Positions 57,761 through 64,000 of a stretch of DNA of 64,000 nt are shown here, piece after piece. A program made the position numbers and the translations under genes. Position 1 is the stretch's first letter; the number at the start of each line of letters is the position of its first letter. The notes under the pieces were generated by a model. That model was not told where the DNA came from. It worked only from the letters and a program-made list of their open reading frames with translations, and ran no database searches. The stretch is from Eledone cirrhosa (lineage: Eukaryota), in the NCBI GenBank assembly GCA_964016885.1, contig OZ024742.1, positions 259,780,001 through 259,844,000 on the forward strand, given 5' to 3'.

Positions 57761-58846
57761 ACAGACTTTAACATCTTCACTACCAATGCACGCATGTGTT
57801 TTACGTGTGAGTGCTTGGATATGTTGTGCAAGTGTGTGTGTTTATGTGTGTGTGCTTATGTGTATGTGTGTGCTTGTGTGTCTTTCATATTTGTGTGTGT
57901 ATTGTGTGTGTGTGTGTGGGTGGGTGGGTGGGTGTGTGGGTGGGTGTGTGTGTGTGTGTGCATAACTGTATAGTTTTGTTAAGGTCTTCATTTGTTAGTC
58001 AATTGAGCTGAGAGACGTTTGTGTAACTTATTAAGTCGATAGAGTATTGGACTAGCAGCTGAGAGGTCAGTCGTTTTGTAATCCATCATTTATAGTTACT
58101 GTTTCTGGCCAACATATTTAATTCCCTGGTTACAATAACTCATTATTTAACTACCAGAGATCGGTTATAATTCACAACTTTAATCGGTGACACCGCTGTA
58201 AAACATTGCCAAGTGATTTTATAGAATTACGTTTATAAAACAACACGAAGGGATTTTATAGAATTGTGTGGCTGCGTTCAAGAGAAAACTTAAACGTAAG
58301 AAAATTTGAACCCTAAATGCCAGTCTATTAAATAAACAAACTGGGAAGACTATGTACAAAATTACAATCGTTTTTATTTCCACTACGTATGGTCAACTTA
58401 ACATTAGTACAAAGAAAAGGTGGTGTTCACGATAACTCAATTAATTACAATTTATAAAACATAATGCATTTAATTTTTGTGCGAGTAATGATGAATGTTA
58501 AGTTAAATAACTTGTGAATGAATACTTCTCTTGTATCTAAAGAACACGTAAACAACACCATGTCTTAGAGAGAAGGCATAACAAGAATAATTGTTAGCTT
58601 GCATATTCAGTGTAGCCTACGAAATTGACAGAGGTAAGTTAGAGAAATTTAAAAACATGATGTCACGTGACCAAATAGTTTCCAGATTATTCTCTAGATG
58701 AAAACATAGCGGAGGTGGGGGTGGCTTAACATATTGATATGAATGTGAACAGGTCATTGTATCGAACGAAGGCATCAATCAGGTACCAATATGCCATTCA
58801 CAGACAGAGGGTGTTCAATGGACAAGACAAATCTATTTCCTTAGAG

Positions 58847-59165
58847 CAGGGGTGTGCAACATATTCTATTGGCGGACCATTTTTGAACATTGGATCAACT
58901 ATTAGGGCCATTAATATTTATTAAACAATATTCCAAAGATTTACCACAACTTCTTTCCATAACATGGAACTGGAAAATTATAACACACATAGCCCTCTCA
59001 GTGAAGCCCTTTAGTATAGGTTAACTAACAGAAAATTGTATTACGGTTACGAAAAAAATTCTAAACAAGCCTACAAGGTAAAAATTAAAAACGGTCATCG
59101 CGGGCCACTCTGACTGGTTTGGCGGGCCAGATTGTGGCCCGCGGGCCGCCTGTTGCACGCCCCTG
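58847..59165. mobile_element. hAT-type MITE (~319 bp)
   Basis: TIRs CAGGGGTGTGCAAC / GTTGCACGCCCCTG; subterminal GCGGGCC motifs; 8-bp flanks CCTTAGAG / CCTTAGTT (6/8 match). Confidence 0.8.
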
Positions 59166-59539
59166 CCTTAGTTATCCAAATGTTGGAGGTGTGTACGAGT
59201 GGGAAACTTAAACCTTATGATACGAAAACTGTTTGTTTTTAAGCGATAATATTTATTTAAAACCTTCCGTCATAATTTTATAACAACCTTTGTTTTGTTG
59301 TGTTCCAAACACCAGCTTAATAATAAGGATGTTACTAAATCCCTTCAAATTCTAGCTCAAAATGAATTAAAAATCATAAGCTTTGTCTGTCATTAGAAAT
59401 ATGGTAAGAATAGGGGTGAAAAAGAGAACTAGCAAGCAAGGGCGTGGCGGTGCTAGTGATGAGTTATTGTATATATTGTATATATATTAATTGAGAGACA
59501 AGCAGAGAGGGATGGTTACATAGAAACATATAAGTAGGG

Positions 59540-60955
59540 ATGTAGGTAGGTAGATACATATCTAGGTATGTAGGTAGGTAGGTAGGTAGGTAGGTAGGTA
59601 GGTAGGTAGGTAGGTAGGTAGGTAGGTAGGTAGGTAGGTAGGTAGGTAGGTAGGTAGGTAGGTAGGTAGGTAGTTAGGTAGGTAGGTAGGTAGGTAGGTA
59701 GGTAGGTAGGTAGGTAGGTAGGTAGGTAGGTAGGTAGGTAGGTAGGTACGTAGGTAGGTAGGTAGGTAGGTAGGTAGGTAGGTAGGTAGGTAGGTAGGTA
59801 GGTAGGTAGGTAGGTATGTAGGTAGGTATGTAGGTAGGTAGATAGGTAGGTAGGTAGGTAGGTAGGTAGGTAGGTAGGTAGGTAGGTAGGTAGATAGGTA
59901 GGTAGGTAGATAGGTAGGTAGGTAGGTAGATAGGTAGGTAGGTTGATATGTAGGTAGGTAGGTATGTAGGTAGGTAGGTAGGTAGGTAGGTAGATAGGTA
60001 GGTAGGTTGATATGTAGGTAGGTAGGTATGTAGGTAGGTAGGTAGGTAGGTAGGTAGGTAGGTAGGTAGGTAGGTAGGTAGGTAGGTAGGTGGGTAGGTA
60101 GGTAGGTAGGTAGGTAGGTAGGTAGGTAGGTAGGTAGGTAGGTAGGTAGGTAGGTAGGTAGGTAGGTAGGTACATATCTAGGTATGTATGTAGGTAGGTA
60201 GGTAGGTAGGTAGGTAGGTAGGTAGGTAGGTAGGTAGGTAGATAGGTAGGTAGGTTGATATGTAGGTAGGTAGGTAGGTAGGTAGGTAGGTAGATAGGTA
60301 GGTTGATATGTAGGTAGGTAGGTAGGTAGGTAGGTAGGTAGGTAGGTAGGTAGGTAGGTAGGTAGGTAGGTAGATAGGTAGGTAGGTTGATATGTAGGTA
60401 GGTAGGTAGGTAGGTAGGTAGGTAGGTAGGTAGGTACGTAGGTAGGTAGATAGGTAGGTTGATATGTAGGTAGGTAGGTAGGTAGGTAGGTAGGTAGGTA
60501 GGTAGGTAGGTAGGTACATATCTAGGTAGGTAGGTAGGTAGGTAGGTAGGTAGGTAGGTAGGTAGGTTGGTAGGTAGGTAGGTAGGTAGGTAGGTAGGTA
60601 GGTAGGTAGGTTGGTAGGTACATATCTAGGTAGGTAGGTAGGTAGGTAGGTAGGTAGGTAGGTAGGTAGGTAGGTAGGTAGGTAGGTAGGTAGGTAGGCA
60701 GGTAGGTAGATATGTAGATCGGTAGATAGGTAGGTAGATATGTAGGTAGGTGGGTATGTGGGTAGGTAGGTAGATATGTAGGTATGTATGTAGGTAGGGA
60801 GGTAGGTAGGTAGGTAGGTAGGTAGGTAGGTAGGTATGTAGGTAGGTAGGTAGGTAGGTAGGTAGGTAGGTAGGTAGGTAGGTAGGTAGGTATGTTGGTG
60901 GGTAGGTAGATATGTAGGTAGGTAGGTAGGTAGGTAGGTATGTTGGTAGGTAGAT
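59540..60955. repeat. ~1.4-kb (TAGG)n tetranucleotide array
   Basis: Directly visible; explains the YLPT ORFs. Confidence 0.95.
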
Positions 60956-61339
60956 ACACGAGAACGCGGTTATTTCTAGGCAGAAATATATATTTGTGTA
61001 AGTGTATGGTGTGTGCGTGGTGGGGGAGTACATATATGTATCTCTAACATGATATATACTTCTGGTGTAGTCATCTGACTTGATAGGCTAAAATATATAA
61101 AGTTTCTTTGAATATAAAACAATGAAAATTCCTTTTACAATTTGCAGCTGTTTGTACGGAGTATTTAAGGTTTATTGTCGTGATATATTTAATATATTTA
61201 TGGTACATGTGTTTGTAGGTGTGCGTGTATGTTTGTGTGTGTTTATATCTATATGTATGCATGTTTGCCTACGTGTATTTATCTACTTTATGTGCATATA
61301 TATTTGTTTGTGTATATGAGATTCAATTTGTTTGTGTAT

Positions 61340-62797
61340 ATGAGATTATGTATGTGTGTTTATGTAAATATATGAGCGTGTGTGTGTGTGTGTGTGTATG
61401 ATATGTGTGTTTATGTAAATATATGAGCATGTGTGTGTGTGTGTATGATATGTGTGTGTTTATGTAAATATATGAGTATGTGTGTGTGTGTGTATGATAT
61501 GTGTGTTTATGTAAATATATGAGCATGTGTGTGTGTATGATATGTGTGTTTATGTAAATATATGAGCATGTGTGTGTGTGTGTGTGTATGATATGTGTGT
61601 TTATGTAACTATATGAGCATGTGTGTGTATGATATGTGTGTGTTTATGTAAATATATGGGCATGTGTGTGTGTGTGTATGATATGTGTGTTTATGTAAAT
61701 ATATGAGCATGTGTGTGTGTGTATGATATGTGTGTTTATGTAAATATATGAGCATGTGTGTGTGTGTGTGTATGATATGTGTGTGTTTATGTAAATATAT
61801 GAGCATGTGTGTGTGTGTATGATATGTGTTTATGTAAATATATGAGCATGTGTGTGTGTGAGTATGATATGTGTGTGTTTATGTAAATATGTGAGCATGT
61901 GTGTGTGTGTGTATGATATGTGTGTTTATGTAACTATATGAGCATGTGTGTGTATGATATGTGTGTGTTTATGTAAATATATGAGCATGTGTGTGTGTGT
62001 GTATGATATGTGTGTTTATGTAAATATATGAGCATGTGTGTGTGTATGATATGTGTGTTTATGTAAATATATAAGCATGTGTGTGTATGATATGTGTGTG
62101 TTTATGTAAATATATGAGCATGTGTGTGTGTGTGTATGATATGTGTGTTTATGTAAATATATGAGCATGTGTGTGTGTGTGTATGATATGCGTGTTTATG
62201 TAAATATATGAGCATGTGTGTGTATGATATGTGTGTGTTTATGTAAATATATTAGCATGTGTGTGTATAATATGTGTGTGTTTATGTAAATATATGAGCA
62301 TGTGTGTGTATGATATTTGTGTTTATGTAAATATATGAGCATGTGTGTGTGTGTATGATATGTGTGTGTTTATGTAAATATATGAGCATGTGTGTGTGTG
62401 TATGATATGTGTGTTTATGTAAATATATGAGCATGTGTGTGTATGATATGTGTGTGTTTATGTAAATATATTAGCATGTGTGTGTATGATATGTGTGTGT
62501 TTATGTAAATATATGAGCATGTGTGTGTATGATATTTGTGTTTATGTAAATATATGAGCATGTGTGTGTGTGTATGATATGTGTGTGTTTATGTAAATAT
62601 ATGAGCATGTGTGTGTGTGTATGATATGTGTGTTTATGTAAATATATGAGCATGTGTGTGTATGATATGTGTGTGTTTATGTAAATATATGAGCATGTGT
62701 GTGTATGATATGTGTGTGTTTATGTAAATATATGAGCATGTGTGTGTATGATATTTGTGTTTATGTAAATATATGAGCATGTGTGTGTGTGTGATAT
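61340..62797. repeat. Minisatellite of ~36-44 bp built from (TG)n blocks: ATGATA(TG)nTTTATGTAAATATATGAGCA(TG)n
   Basis: About 36 head-to-tail units with variable TG lengths. Confidence 0.92.
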
Positions 62798-63296
62798 TCA
62801 ACGCTGTAGTTTAGTGTATGTGTGTGAGATTCAATGTTTTGGCTAAATGATTATGCTACGTACATATGCGTGTATGTACTTCTATATATATGTTTATGTG
62901 GGTCTATGTTAGTGTGTGTATGTGTGTGTGTGTGTGTGTGACAATGTTTATCGGTTTATTTGTGTGACTGTGTGTTTGTGTGACTGTGTGTATATGTGTG
63001 TATGTAATTATATGTGTCCGTGTATATGTGTGTGTGTGTGTGTGTATGTGATTATGTGTGTGTGTGTATGTGTGTATGTGATTATTTGTGTAGAATCATG
63101 AAGAGAATTATAAATTAGAGTTATTTGAAGTTTATTATTCCGTACCGATTGTTATTCTGGTTAGGAATGTTTATAAATGTTGCTATTGGTTTTGCTATTA
63201 TAATTATTGTTGTTGTTGTTGTTGCAATTGTTACTGCTTTTTGTTTGTCTTTGTCCACCAGATGACTCAGTAAGTAAAATGCAGTAAATTATATAA

Positions 63297-63377
<81 letters not shown>

Positions 63378-64000
63378 ATACAATAACAGAGATAGCTTAA
63401 AGCTAAACTCCGACTGGTAACCATCTCACTCAACAAACATTAGGTTATATGTTAGTATAAACCCAATTTAAGTGTTTGGGGTGCTAACTATATGTAATTT
63501 GTGGAAAGCCAGTTGTATTATTTTATGAGATATAATTAAAGTTAAAATATATCTCTCTTTCCAAACAAATGTTTCATTATAAGTTTTCTACAAATTGGGA
63601 GAATGTTTCCAGTTTATGTAGAAGCCTAACATATATTCATGTAAGAATATATTTAGGTGGGCACTTATAAATCTTCAGTGGAAGCCCATTAAACTTTGAT
63701 ATAAGAAAAAATTCTTACCGCAGTTAAAAATCGTGTCTGCTAAGCTTCTCCTTCACGCATCGAATGCCGCCAAATTTGAAATTCCAGCAGTCTTTTGACT
63801 GTGGAAGTTTCATAGCGTCACGAAGCGGGAAAGAGAGACAACCACGATTCACGAGAAAAAAAAATAATATACACGTGGGTTAATTAGTTTTTTCAAAAAC
63901 ATTATCAATCCAACGTGTTAAGAACTCAATTGAAATTAAAAAAATAAATGTATGCGTGTATTAATTACATACGCATATAGATTTCATTTACCAGTGGTTT

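Noticed and set aside
59540-60955. Telomeric or interstitial telomeric array
   Set aside because: The unit is TAGG, not TTAGGG or TTAGG; an ordinary tetranucleotide repeat.

Overview
AT-rich, microsatellite-dense eukaryotic DNA with no recognisable host protein-coding gene. The tRNA-derived SINEs resemble those I associate with coleoid cephalopods (Octopus-like); this is an inference. Almost all ORFs in the track are translations of (TA)n, (TG)n, (GA)n, (TAGG)n or tandem repeats. Real content: fragments of Tx1-, RTE-, R4/Dong- and CRE-like LINEs; four Penelope-like element (PLE) fragments with GIY-YIG endonuclease sequence; three SINE families; two non-autonomous Helitrons; a hAT MITE; and several minisatellites. 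The most notable signal is a set of short elements inserted in (TA)n tracts that carry minimal type I hammerhead ribozymes (HHRs), including U3-A8 and C4 core variants, one family with covarying stems. Many are built as fold-back palindromes. In one family the fold-back points map to the putative ribozyme stem II or exactly to its predicted cleavage site. All alignments were made by eye, so repeat boundaries are approximate.
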